A stretch of 34,207 nt of DNA from a virus (Duplodnaviria; Caudoviricetes), in IMG/VR virus record IMGVR_UViG_3300005058_000015, positions 1-34,207 of that record. One strand, written 5' to 3'. Below the pieces are notes generated by a model. It saw only the letters and a list, made by a program, of their open reading frames with translations, was not told where the DNA came from and did not search any database. A program made the position numbers and the translations under genes. Below are positions 6,267 through 13,935 of the stretch, piece after piece (the stretch's first letter is position 1; each line of letters begins with the position of its first letter).

Positions 6267-7179
6267 GGCAGCCATCGTGGCCGCTTTGGTGATCGTGTTC
6301 TCGGTGCAGCTCGCCGAAGCCTGCCACCGTTGCGGCTACGCGAAGTGTGTCGGCTCTTGCAAGACTGTCGAGCCCATTGGCGGCCAATACTTTGGCGTCT
6401 ATGCCACCGAGGAAGGCGCGCCGCCGAACGTCGTCGTCCGCTACTGGAAAGGTGGCGTCGAATACGTGCGCGTCAAGCAGCAATGCACCAAGGACAAGGA
6501 CCACGAAACCGGCTGGTGCTGGAAGTTTATCCCGAAGCAGGAATACACCTACGCGCAGCCAAAATCCTACGTGCCATACGCTCAGCAGGGCACGACCGTT
6601 TACGGGCAAATCAACGAGACTTCGACCTACGGGCATCCGACCTACCAGAGCTACGCCGCTGCGTACACGACCGACCCGGCCAGCTTTATGAACCAGGCGT
6701 TCCGCCTCGTGTCTCAGGCTCAGTCGGTGGCGCAGCAGGGGCAATCGGACTACACGGCCAACGCGGCGGCGCTTAATGCCAACGCCCTGGAAGTGGAGAA
6801 GATTCGCGCCGTGTCGAATGGCTTTGTTGCCGCGATGGCTGCGACCAAGACCACGCCAGACACGGTGAATCGTACGACGACGTTCCAAGCTGCGACCGGG
6901 CCAGCAGGCCAGATTGAACAACCTCAAGTCTTTACCGCGCAGGGAGGCGCGACGGTTGCCAAGTGCGCCGGTTGCCATTCGACCAACCCCCAGGCTCAGG
7001 CGGCGATGAGTTTCAGCAACCTCGCCGCGCTGAATGCCGACCAGCGAATGCAGGCAATCAACGCCATTGTGAGCGATCGAATGCCGAAAGCGCCGGGCCA
7101 ACCGCTCACACCGGACGAGGCCGCGGCGATCGTGAAAGAGTTGAGCCAGCCGCCTGTAGCGGCCGGGCAGAAGTTCTAA
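6256..7179 (+). CDS. Exported protein with C-terminal class I cytochrome c domain
   Basis: Signal peptide ending AEA-C; CAGCH at 6964-6978; distal ligand motif RMPK..PLTPDE at ~7078-7120; SD ggag before ATG 6256. Confidence 0.8.
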   Translation: MRSKAAIVAALVIVFSVQLAEACHRCGYAKCVGSCKTVEPIGGQYFGVYATEEGAPPNVVVRYWKGGVEYVRVKQQCTKDKDHETGWCWKFIPKQEYTYAQPKSYVPYAQQGTTVYGQINETSTYGHPTYQSYAAAYTTDPASFMNQAFRLVSQAQSVAQQGQSDYTANAAALNANALEVEKIRAVSNGFVAAMAATKTTPDTVNRTTTFQAATGPAGQIEQPQVFTAQGGATVAKCAGCHSTNPQAQAAMSFSNLAALNADQRMQAINAIVSDRMPKAPGQPLTPDEAAAIVKELSQPPVAAGQKF

Positions 7180-7199
7180 CCAAGAAAGGCAGGTGATCC

Positions 7200-7526
7200 T
7201 TGAAAGGTCTAATTTGCGTTCTGGCGATTGTGGCGGTGCTGTTCGCGTGCGCTCCGCAGGCGGAAGCGTGCCCGCTGGGCAACGGTTTCGCGGTGAACAA
7301 CTTCGGCGGATTCTCTCAGCCGGTGTTTGTGAACCAGGGCTTCGGCTTTGGTTCGCGTGCGTTCTTCGCGCCGCAAGTGGCCGTGAATCCGTTTGCGTTC
7401 AATAGCTTTGGCGTGAGCCCGTTCGTGGCGTTCAATGTCGGTCATGGCTTCCGTGGCAACGCGGTGATCGTGAATCGGCGTGGATTCTTCGGCGGCAACC
7501 GCGTGGTGATTCGGAGAGGTTTTTAG
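7200..7526 (+). CDS. Exported Gly/Phe/Asn/Val-rich low-complexity protein
   Basis: TTG start with aggtga SD; signal peptide ending AEA-C; repeated FG/GF and VN units; no acidic residue in the mature part. Confidence 0.8.
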   Translation: MKGLICVLAIVAVLFACAPQAEACPLGNGFAVNNFGGFSQPVFVNQGFGFGSRAFFAPQVAVNPFAFNSFGVSPFVAFNVGHGFRGNAVIVNRRGFFGGNRVVIRRGF

Positions 7527-7549
7527 CCCTCACCTGGGCTTTTGATAGG

Positions 7550-7594
7550 GCCGTCGGCGGGGACTTTGGACTGAGGCGACCGCCGGCGGCTTTT
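7550..7594 (+). terminator. Terminator-like hairpin with a large loop
   Basis: gccgtcggcgg 7550-7560 / ccgccggcggc 7580-7590, then tttt. Confidence 0.55.
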
Positions 7595-7624
7595 CACGAC
7601 GACAGCCATAGAAAGACTGCCGCC

Positions 7625-7843
7625 ATGACCAATAGCAGAAACGAGCGAGTACAGCTTAGCGCGTCCGACAAGATGGCCATTGGCTTTGGCTTCGTGTCGC
7701 TCATCGGTTCGGTTGTGGCGTCGACGGCGATCATCGTGAGCATCTTCTACAGCACGACGGGAGAGATTCAGCGAGCGAACGCGGTGCAAGACATTCGCTT
7801 GGACGCGCACGATGCGGAAATTGCGAGGCTCCGGGGGAAGTGA
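7625..7843 (+). CDS. Single-TM protein with C-terminal coiled coil, possible holin-like
   Basis: Hydrophobic MAIGFGFVSLIGSVVASTAIIVSIF followed by IRLDAHDAEIARL. Confidence 0.7.
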   Translation: MTNSRNERVQLSASDKMAIGFGFVSLIGSVVASTAIIVSIFYSTTGEIQRANAVQDIRLDAHDAEIARLRGK

Positions 7844-7846
7844 ACC

Positions 7847-8044
7847 ATGTCACTCGCTCGCGTCACGTTCGACCCTGACCAGCCGAAGCTGGTGATCGAG
7901 GGGCAATTGGACCAGCGCGAAAAGGTGTTGCAGATTCGGCAGACACTCGTGGGCAACGTGGATTTGTTCGAGGCGATTCGAGACCTGAACGCGCAGAGGA
8001 AACTGGTGCGAGTAACCGTCGAAGTGGTCAGCCATGAGTCGTAG
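7847..8044 (+). CDS. Hypothetical protein
   Basis: Tightly packed co-oriented ORF. Confidence 0.6.
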   Translation: MSLARVTFDPDQPKLVIEGQLDQREKVLQIRQTLVGNVDLFEAIRDLNAQRKLVRVTVEVVSHES

Positions 8045-8610
8045 TGGAGGGAGCGCGGATGGCAGTTAATGCACGGGCCGAAATCTATAAACACATCCAG
8101 ACGGTGCAGCGGTTACTTGGTCGCTGTATTCGCAATCTGATGTTGCGCGGCGAGGTGCATGATGCTTCCAGGCTGGAATCGCCAGAGGCGGAAATCTTCG
8201 AAGTGGCAACCGAGAAGCTTGCCGGTCTCACCTACGGGTCGGACGAGTACAAGGCTGCCCTGGCTGAGATGAAGCCGGCGCTCGATCACCACTACGCGAA
8301 CAATCGGCATCACCCTGAATTCCATGCCCGCCTTGAGTGCGGAGGATGCTTCAAGAAGTTTCCAGATGGCTGGGAGAAGTGCTGCGACGCCTGCGGTTAC
8401 AACGTTTGGCCACGTTCGCCATGCGTCGACAAGATGACGCTGTTGGACCTCGTGGAAATGCTATGCGATTGGAAGGCAGCGACGATGCGCCATCGTGATG
8501 GCGATATTCGGCGCAGCGTCGAAATCAATCAATCGCGATTTGGATACGGCGACGAGTTGAAACAGATTTTCCTCAACACGATTGATGAAATTGAGAGCAA
8601 CCGCGATTGA
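8044..8610 (+). CDS. DUF5662-like HD-superfamily protein with inserted zinc ribbon
   Basis: KHI..HDASRL..HHYANNRHHPE..DLVEMLCDWKAA; insertion CGGC..CDAC; start 8044 (GTG) or 8059. Confidence 0.75.
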   Translation: MEGARMAVNARAEIYKHIQTVQRLLGRCIRNLMLRGEVHDASRLESPEAEIFEVATEKLAGLTYGSDEYKAALAEMKPALDHHYANNRHHPEFHARLECGGCFKKFPDGWEKCCDACGYNVWPRSPCVDKMTLLDLVEMLCDWKAATMRHRDGDIRRSVEINQSRFGYGDELKQIFLNTIDEIESNRD

Positions 8611-8797
8611 AGAATCACCGAAAGAGCGAAAGGTCAGCTATTTCATGCTGGGATGGGTCGCCGGTTGTCGCAACTTGTCTCCGTGGGACTGCCCGCCGTT
8701 CGGTAGTTTCTTCGCGCGGCGTGAGTGGCGAGAGGGAGTTTACGCGGCGATCCGTGGCGCGATAGTGCAGAGTCGAAATAAGGGGTGCGGGAAGTAG
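8585..8797 (+). CDS. Ribosome modulation factor (RMF/CrpP)-like small protein
   Basis: GWVAG...S..DCP......R.EW..G...A aligns by eye with the RMF pattern GYQAG...S..MCP.....R.QW..GW..A. Confidence 0.55.
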   Translation: MKLRATAIEESPKERKVSYFMLGWVAGCRNLSPWDCPPFGSFFARREWREGVYAAIRGAIVQSRNKGCGK

Positions 8798-8821
8798 TTC
8801 TCTTTTTTGTGAGGCGTAGTC

Positions 8822-9484
8822 ATGCAATTTCGTCAGTCGTTTTCCGAATGTCCCGACCGTGGCTGGATTCTCTTTAGCGGCAATCCGCTCTTGATTGACA
8901 AGGATAACCCGCTCAGTGCCGATCGACTGGCCGTGCATTACGGCGGCCCGACGGTGATCGAAGAATACCCAGGCGTGTTTCTGGTCGACGGTGCGAATCC
9001 GGCGCTGATTGACGCCTCGGGTGCCGGCGTGGGAATCGACATCACCACCGAGGACGGCGACCCGGACGGATGGCGCGTAGTGTTCTCGGAGCCGATCGTC
9101 CCTGGCGCGCATGTCGGGCTGTGGAGTCCACCAGGGCAGGAGTGGGACGAGAACACCGACCCGCAAGTATTGAGTTCGTGGTTCGCGAGCGGCGGCACGT
9201 TTGGCGTCGTGATCGAAGGCAGCTTGGCCGAGGGCGCAATCCGCATCTCGCATATTCCAATCAACGACGGCCGGCGCGAAGTATTTCGCAAGATCGACCA
9301 GTACAACGCACTGCGAAGGCTGGTCACGTCGACGATTGAGGAAGTGGAGCCGCCGGAGCCGCCGGAGCCACCGCCAGTTGAGCCGATCGTCGTCGAAGGT
9401 GCGACGCTGGCGAACTGGGCCGAATACGACGCCTTCGTAGAGGGCGTTCACGCGCAGGCTGTAGCAGCCTTTGGAGAGCGCTAG
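8822..9484 (+). CDS. Acidic hypothetical protein with Pro/Glu linker, possible virion protein
   Basis: 220-aa ORF; EPPEPPEPPPVEP linker encoded by a gagccgccg tandem repeat at ~9347-9375. Confidence 0.7.
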   Translation: MQFRQSFSECPDRGWILFSGNPLLIDKDNPLSADRLAVHYGGPTVIEEYPGVFLVDGANPALIDASGAGVGIDITTEDGDPDGWRVVFSEPIVPGAHVGLWSPPGQEWDENTDPQVLSSWFASGGTFGVVIEGSLAEGAIRISHIPINDGRREVFRKIDQYNALRRLVTSTIEEVEPPEPPEPPPVEPIVVEGATLANWAEYDAFVEGVHAQAVAAFGER

Positions 9485-10713
9485 TGCCCAACGAGATTCA
9501 ACAATTCGAGTTCTCCGAAGAACTGTCTGCGGGCACGTTCACACTCACGCTTGGCGCTGAGACTACGGCCGCAATCGACTGGGATTACACGACCGGCGAA
9601 ATCGAATCAGCGCTGGGGGCCCTGACCGGCATTGGCCCTGGCAACGTCCAGGTGAATAGCTGGGACGGCACGACGCTCGTTGTCGAGTTCATTGGCGCGT
9701 TGGCCAACACGAACATCGCGCAAATGACGTGCGACGCGACGAATGCCGGCTATGACACCGGCGACGTGGACGTGCAAATCACGGTCAACGGCGTGGCCGG
9801 CGTCAACGAGGTGCAGCAAATCAGCTTCGGCCAGACGCCAACCGGCGGCGATTTTCGCATCAACGGCATCCTCGTGAACGGCGGTCATGCCGCAACCGCA
9901 GCAGATATCGAGGCGGCGATCGAGGACGCTGGCGGTGCAAATACTCCATGCTCCGTGGCGGGCGCAGGTCCGTTTGATGTGACCTACGACGCTCAAGGCG
10001 ATATCAGCGATAGCCTATTGGATTTCACCGACTCGACTGTCTATCTCGTGCCGCTCAGTAGCACGGAGACGCAGGCCGGCGGAACGGGCGTCAACGAAAC
10101 GCAAACGATCCTGTGGGATAACACCGCTCTCGGGTGGCTGGCGTTCGGCGGCGAGCAAAGCGACACGATGGTTACTGGCGCGACTACGGCCGTCGAGTTC
10201 CAGGTGGCGCTCGAGGAAATCGCCGCACTGACCGGCAATGTGTCGGTGACGGGCACCAGCCTTGCCACTGGCCTCACGGTCGAATTCGTCGCGGGGCTCG
10301 CTGAAACCGATGTCGGCTTGATTGACCTACGCGAGTCGGCAGGCATCTCCAAGGCGACCACGACCCAAGGCGTGACCGCAGTTCAGCAGCAAGAAGAAAT
10401 CACGCTGCCGGCCAGCACGACCGGCGGAACATGGTCATTCACCGGCTCGATTGTCAGTCTCGACTGGGATGCGACGGCCGGCGAGATCGAGGCGGATATC
10501 GAGAGCAGCCTCTCGATTCAGTGCGCCGTGAGCGGCAGTGCGCCGCAATGGACGGTCACGCGCGACGCCACAGGCCCATTCTCAGGGCTGGAAATCGGCG
10601 TCTCCAACGTGACTGGCGACGTGACTTGTGAAGAGAGCACGACGCAGGAGGGCTCGGGCGGAGCTGCGCCAGCTTACTACCAACGCATGATGGCACGACG
10701 GAGGGCAGGTTAA
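9484..10713 (+). CDS. Four-repeat acidic beta-rich protein, probable virion decoration/fibre
   Basis: About 100-aa repeats starting NEIQQ, NEVQQ, NETQT, QQQEE, each with a G(T/D)F..A.I/FE.A(L/I) core; basic C-terminal tail. Confidence 0.75.
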   Translation: MPNEIQQFEFSEELSAGTFTLTLGAETTAAIDWDYTTGEIESALGALTGIGPGNVQVNSWDGTTLVVEFIGALANTNIAQMTCDATNAGYDTGDVDVQITVNGVAGVNEVQQISFGQTPTGGDFRINGILVNGGHAATAADIEAAIEDAGGANTPCSVAGAGPFDVTYDAQGDISDSLLDFTDSTVYLVPLSSTETQAGGTGVNETQTILWDNTALGWLAFGGEQSDTMVTGATTAVEFQVALEEIAALTGNVSVTGTSLATGLTVEFVAGLAETDVGLIDLRESAGISKATTTQGVTAVQQQEEITLPASTTGGTWSFTGSIVSLDWDATAGEIEADIESSLSIQCAVSGSAPQWTVTRDATGPFSGLEIGVSNVTGDVTCEESTTQEGSGGAAPAYYQRMMARRRAG

Positions 10714-12327
10714 ATGCCAGATATCAGACAAGGCGCGGCCTTCCTTCAGTTCGGCCCGGTCGTGGCGCTCGATGGAAATACTTCGATTGAGGATCTTGAT
10801 TCCGCGAATATCACAGTTCGCTGGAACGCCAATGGCACGCGACTAGCGCACGCCGGGAACATCATTCACCGCGGCAACGGCGATTACGATTTGGGAGACA
10901 TTGCCTATTTAGGCGCTGGCAGTCTCACGCTCGAGTGCTTGCGGCCCACTGTCAACCTGCCGTGCGTCGTCGACTATCAGGTTATGACCGCCAAGCGGTA
11001 CGACGAGAAATACGGCAACGGGGGAGTGGACGCCAATGTGACGTTCATCGCCAACGGAACCATCACAGAGAACAGCATTGCGAGCGATGCGATTACGGCC
11101 GCGAAGATTGCCCCGGCGGCAATCGACGCAGCCACGTTTGCCTCCGATGTTGACGCCGAAATTCTTAGCTACATCGTCAACGACGCCACGCAAATCGACG
11201 CATCGGCGCTCAATACGCTTTCTGGCCATGATCCAGGTGGCACTCTCGCCGCATCGTCTGAAGTGACCGGGCTGAACGTCAATACCCGCGCCAATCTCAT
11301 GGTGCCAATCGAGATTGAGACACCCGACGCGAGCACGCAGGTTTATAAGATTCGCCTGTTCCTGTTCGATGTCACCGGCAACATGGAAGCGCCGGACTCG
11401 ACGCCGACCGTGGCACTCGTCAACGCTGCCGGCACCGACCGCAGCAGCCGGCTATCTTCGGCCAGCAACCCGAGCACTGGCGTCTATTCGTGGGATTACA
11501 CGTCGACGGCTGGCGACACCGAAGAACAGCTTGTGTGGACATTTACGGTTGTCGAAGGCGGCGCTACTCGCACCTATCCAGCAACGAGCTACGTGGTCGA
11601 AGAAACCGCATATCGCTTCAGCAGCTCGGATCGCGCCAACCTCACGGCGATATACAACAAATTGCCGAGTAAGAATTACCTGCCTGGCACGAACGATTCA
11701 ACGGGCAATCTGACCAAGGGAACGAATCTGATCGGCTTCAACGACGTAAGCCAGTCGAACATCCGCACCGCGTTGGGCATGAATGGCGCAACCTTCGACG
11801 ACGATATGGCGATGGTCAAGAACATAGGCATTCTGGCCATGCGCAAGGATGCCGGGTTCGCAAGCGACCTGGAAAGCTCGATTGGTCTGGTTAGCTACGT
11901 CAATCGAGACACCAACTCGGGCGCTGGCTCGTTCGACAACACGACGGATAGCGAGCAGGCGATTCGAGATAATCACCCTGCCAACTTCTCAGCTCTCGCA
12001 ATCACGGCCGGCGGCTGCACAACAGTCGGCACGAACGCGGACAAGACGGGCTACACCGGCAACGTGACGGACAAGACCGGATTTGCGCTCTCGTCAACAG
12101 GACTTAATGCTTTGACGCTGACAGAGCCCACAAGCACCGACCGAACCTCATGGACTTTCGTGCAACACGTTCTCGCCATCGGGCTCCGCATGTTCGGGCG
12201 CCGAGAGCGGATTGGCAACGACACGTCAGGGCTCCTCAAGACTCTCAATACAGGCAACACGGTTATCGGCAATCAGACTTATTCGGCAGTATCGAACGGC
12301 AACGAAACCATCGGGAATTCAACGTGA
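10714..12327 (+). CDS. Putative virion fibre/decoration protein
   Basis: Ser/Thr/Asp-rich; pentad repeats ITENSIASDAITAAKIAPAAIDAATFA; DKTGY/DKTGF repeat; central Ig-like segment. Confidence 0.7.
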   Translation: MPDIRQGAAFLQFGPVVALDGNTSIEDLDSANITVRWNANGTRLAHAGNIIHRGNGDYDLGDIAYLGAGSLTLECLRPTVNLPCVVDYQVMTAKRYDEKYGNGGVDANVTFIANGTITENSIASDAITAAKIAPAAIDAATFASDVDAEILSYIVNDATQIDASALNTLSGHDPGGTLAASSEVTGLNVNTRANLMVPIEIETPDASTQVYKIRLFLFDVTGNMEAPDSTPTVALVNAAGTDRSSRLSSASNPSTGVYSWDYTSTAGDTEEQLVWTFTVVEGGATRTYPATSYVVEETAYRFSSSDRANLTAIYNKLPSKNYLPGTNDSTGNLTKGTNLIGFNDVSQSNIRTALGMNGATFDDDMAMVKNIGILAMRKDAGFASDLESSIGLVSYVNRDTNSGAGSFDNTTDSEQAIRDNHPANFSALAITAGGCTTVGTNADKTGYTGNVTDKTGFALSSTGLNALTLTEPTSTDRTSWTFVQHVLAIGLRMFGRRERIGNDTSGLLKTLNTGNTVIGNQTYSAVSNGNETIGNST

Positions 12328-12518
12328 TATCACTCGTCAAAGAAGTCACGCTCGAATGGGAAATGCCCTTGCAGGCAGAGGGTGAGGAGTCGCCGGTGGA
12401 GCTCTACGGCTCGCACCTCTGCGGGGAAATCAACCTTGAGCCATTGCTGCGCGGATCGATCAATCTCGGACCAATGTTACTAGGCGACATCGTAATCAAT
12501 GGGTGCAGTGATGGATGA
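12324..12518 (+). CDS. Small hypothetical protein with G-x-I-N-L-x-P repeats
   Basis: GTGA overlap with the upstream stop; LCGEINLEP/LRGSINLGP/LLGDIVING. Confidence 0.6.
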   Translation: MISLVKEVTLEWEMPLQAEGEESPVELYGSHLCGEINLEPLLRGSINLGPMLLGDIVINGCSDG

Positions 12519-12828
12519 CGGCAAGCCGCTCTATATCGGGCAAGACAATCTCGTCGAATGGCGATTCATGCTGAACGCTGCGACCGAGGAATACGTCAAC
12601 GATGCGACGGTCACATTCACGGTCAAAGACAGCGACGGCAACACCGTGGCAAGCGGATCAATGTCCTATCTCGCCGCCAGCGACGGCATCTATCAGGGCG
12701 TCGTGCCCGATGATACCGACCTGGACGACGGCGACACCTACACAATCGAAGTAACTGGAATCAGTGGAACGAGCAAGGGATTCCGTAGGTTCACAAGGGA
12801 GGCGATGTACCAGGGGGCAGAGTGCTGA
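12511..12828 (+). CDS. Small Ig-like (BppU N-terminal-like) structural protein
   Basis: ATVTFTVKD..G.Y.G....D.D....Y.IEV pattern. Confidence 0.6.
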   Translation: MDDGKPLYIGQDNLVEWRFMLNAATEEYVNDATVTFTVKDSDGNTVASGSMSYLAASDGIYQGVVPDDTDLDDGDTYTIEVTGISGTSKGFRRFTREAMYQGAEC

Positions 12829-13514
12829 TGATCTGGGCCGAGCGAGTAATTGTCGCATGCGCACGATGCCAGAAGCCATTTGAACGAATGGCGTCGGAAG
12901 CCAAGAGAGCAAAGGTGCATTTCTGTAGCCGCGACTGCTACAAGCCGCCAGTTGACGGTAGATCGTGCAAAAAATGCGGCAAGACTTATAAGCCAAAAAA
13001 ATGGAACAGCGGGTTTTGTTCCGACAAGTGCTTTCGTGAGGAACAGTCGGCGAATCGCAAACAGGGCAGGTGTCGCGTATGCGGCAAGGCCACGAAGAGA
13101 ACCAAGAGGGCTGATGGCGATGGTTACGCCTATGCCCTGACGTGCGGAGCGAAGGAGTGCAGGAAGAAGCCAGGCAATGCGATAAACCGTTTGATTTCTG
13201 AGGTCGGTGTAGTGTGGGCGGCTTCGGCTTCACTCGCCCTGTCGCGATTGAATCAGCAGGCATCGCGCGAACGCAGGTATGGCAGAGATCCGTGGCTCAG
13301 AAAATGCGAGGCAATCGTGGGTTCGTTCAAGGGCAGGCATGTCAATGGCACAGGGAGGGTGGCCAAGCCTCCTGTTGATAACTGGCACGAGGCGGTAGGA
13401 ATCGCTATTCGACGCATTGATCAGCGAGCAAAGCGAAGCCAGCAAACGAAGTGGGAACGAAAGGCAGAAACGATGTGCAGGAATTGGCGACGAAAGGAAG
13501 TGTGGTATGGCTAG
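12828..13514 (+). CDS. Cys-rich basic Zn-binding protein (CxxC / FCSxxC repeats)
   Basis: CARC..FCSRDC, CKKC..FCSDKC, CRVC..TCGAKEC; basic helical C-terminus. Confidence 0.7.
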   Translation: MIWAERVIVACARCQKPFERMASEAKRAKVHFCSRDCYKPPVDGRSCKKCGKTYKPKKWNSGFCSDKCFREEQSANRKQGRCRVCGKATKRTKRADGDGYAYALTCGAKECRKKPGNAINRLISEVGVVWAASASLALSRLNQQASRERRYGRDPWLRKCEAIVGSFKGRHVNGTGRVAKPPVDNWHEAVGIAIRRIDQRAKRSQQTKWERKAETMCRNWRRKEVWYG

Positions 13515-13776
13515 CGGAATGAGCGCTGGGTTTGTCATGGATCTACTGAGAAGGCAAATGTATCGGTGCAGCCTTAGCGGTCGAGTGCTAACTCCTGAGA
13601 CAATGACATTGGATCACATTATCCCACTGGCCAAAGGCGGAAAGTATTGCTGCTCCAACGTGCAATTGGTTCACAGCGATGTGAATACGGCGAAGGGAAC
13701 CATGAGCAATGAGGACTTCAAGCAGATGTGCATGGATGTCGTCATGCATTTACAGGCAACTGCCAAGTTGGCATAG
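13507..13776 (+). CDS. HNH endonuclease, terminase-adjacent
   Basis: CSLSG..LDHIIPLAKGG..SNVQLV...VNTAKG. Confidence 0.85.
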   Translation: MASGMSAGFVMDLLRRQMYRCSLSGRVLTPETMTLDHIIPLAKGGKYCCSNVQLVHSDVNTAKGTMSNEDFKQMCMDVVMHLQATAKLA

Positions 13777-13860
13777 CCCCCCCCGGTGTCAAAGGTACTT
13801 GGAAAAATATTTCGAGAGTTGCGGTCAACCCTAGCCCCAAAATCCGTAGAGAGAGTCCGT
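13777..13860. other. Candidate packaging (cos-type) site
   Basis: Position between HNH and a gpA-type terminase; C-run then aggtact and an AT-rich near-palindrome gaaaaatatttc; positional inference only. Confidence 0.3.
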
Positions 13861-13935
13861 CCGTGACAGCTTAGCTACCTTACCGGCGATGCGAGATTTC
13901 CTAACGTGTTGCGTCTTTTGGTTTTATGTGCCCTG

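Noticed and set aside
9347..9375. Tandem gagccgccg repeat as a CRISPR or VNTR element
   Set aside because: It encodes an EPPEPPEPP linker; no spacers. No CRISPR array was seen anywhere in the window.
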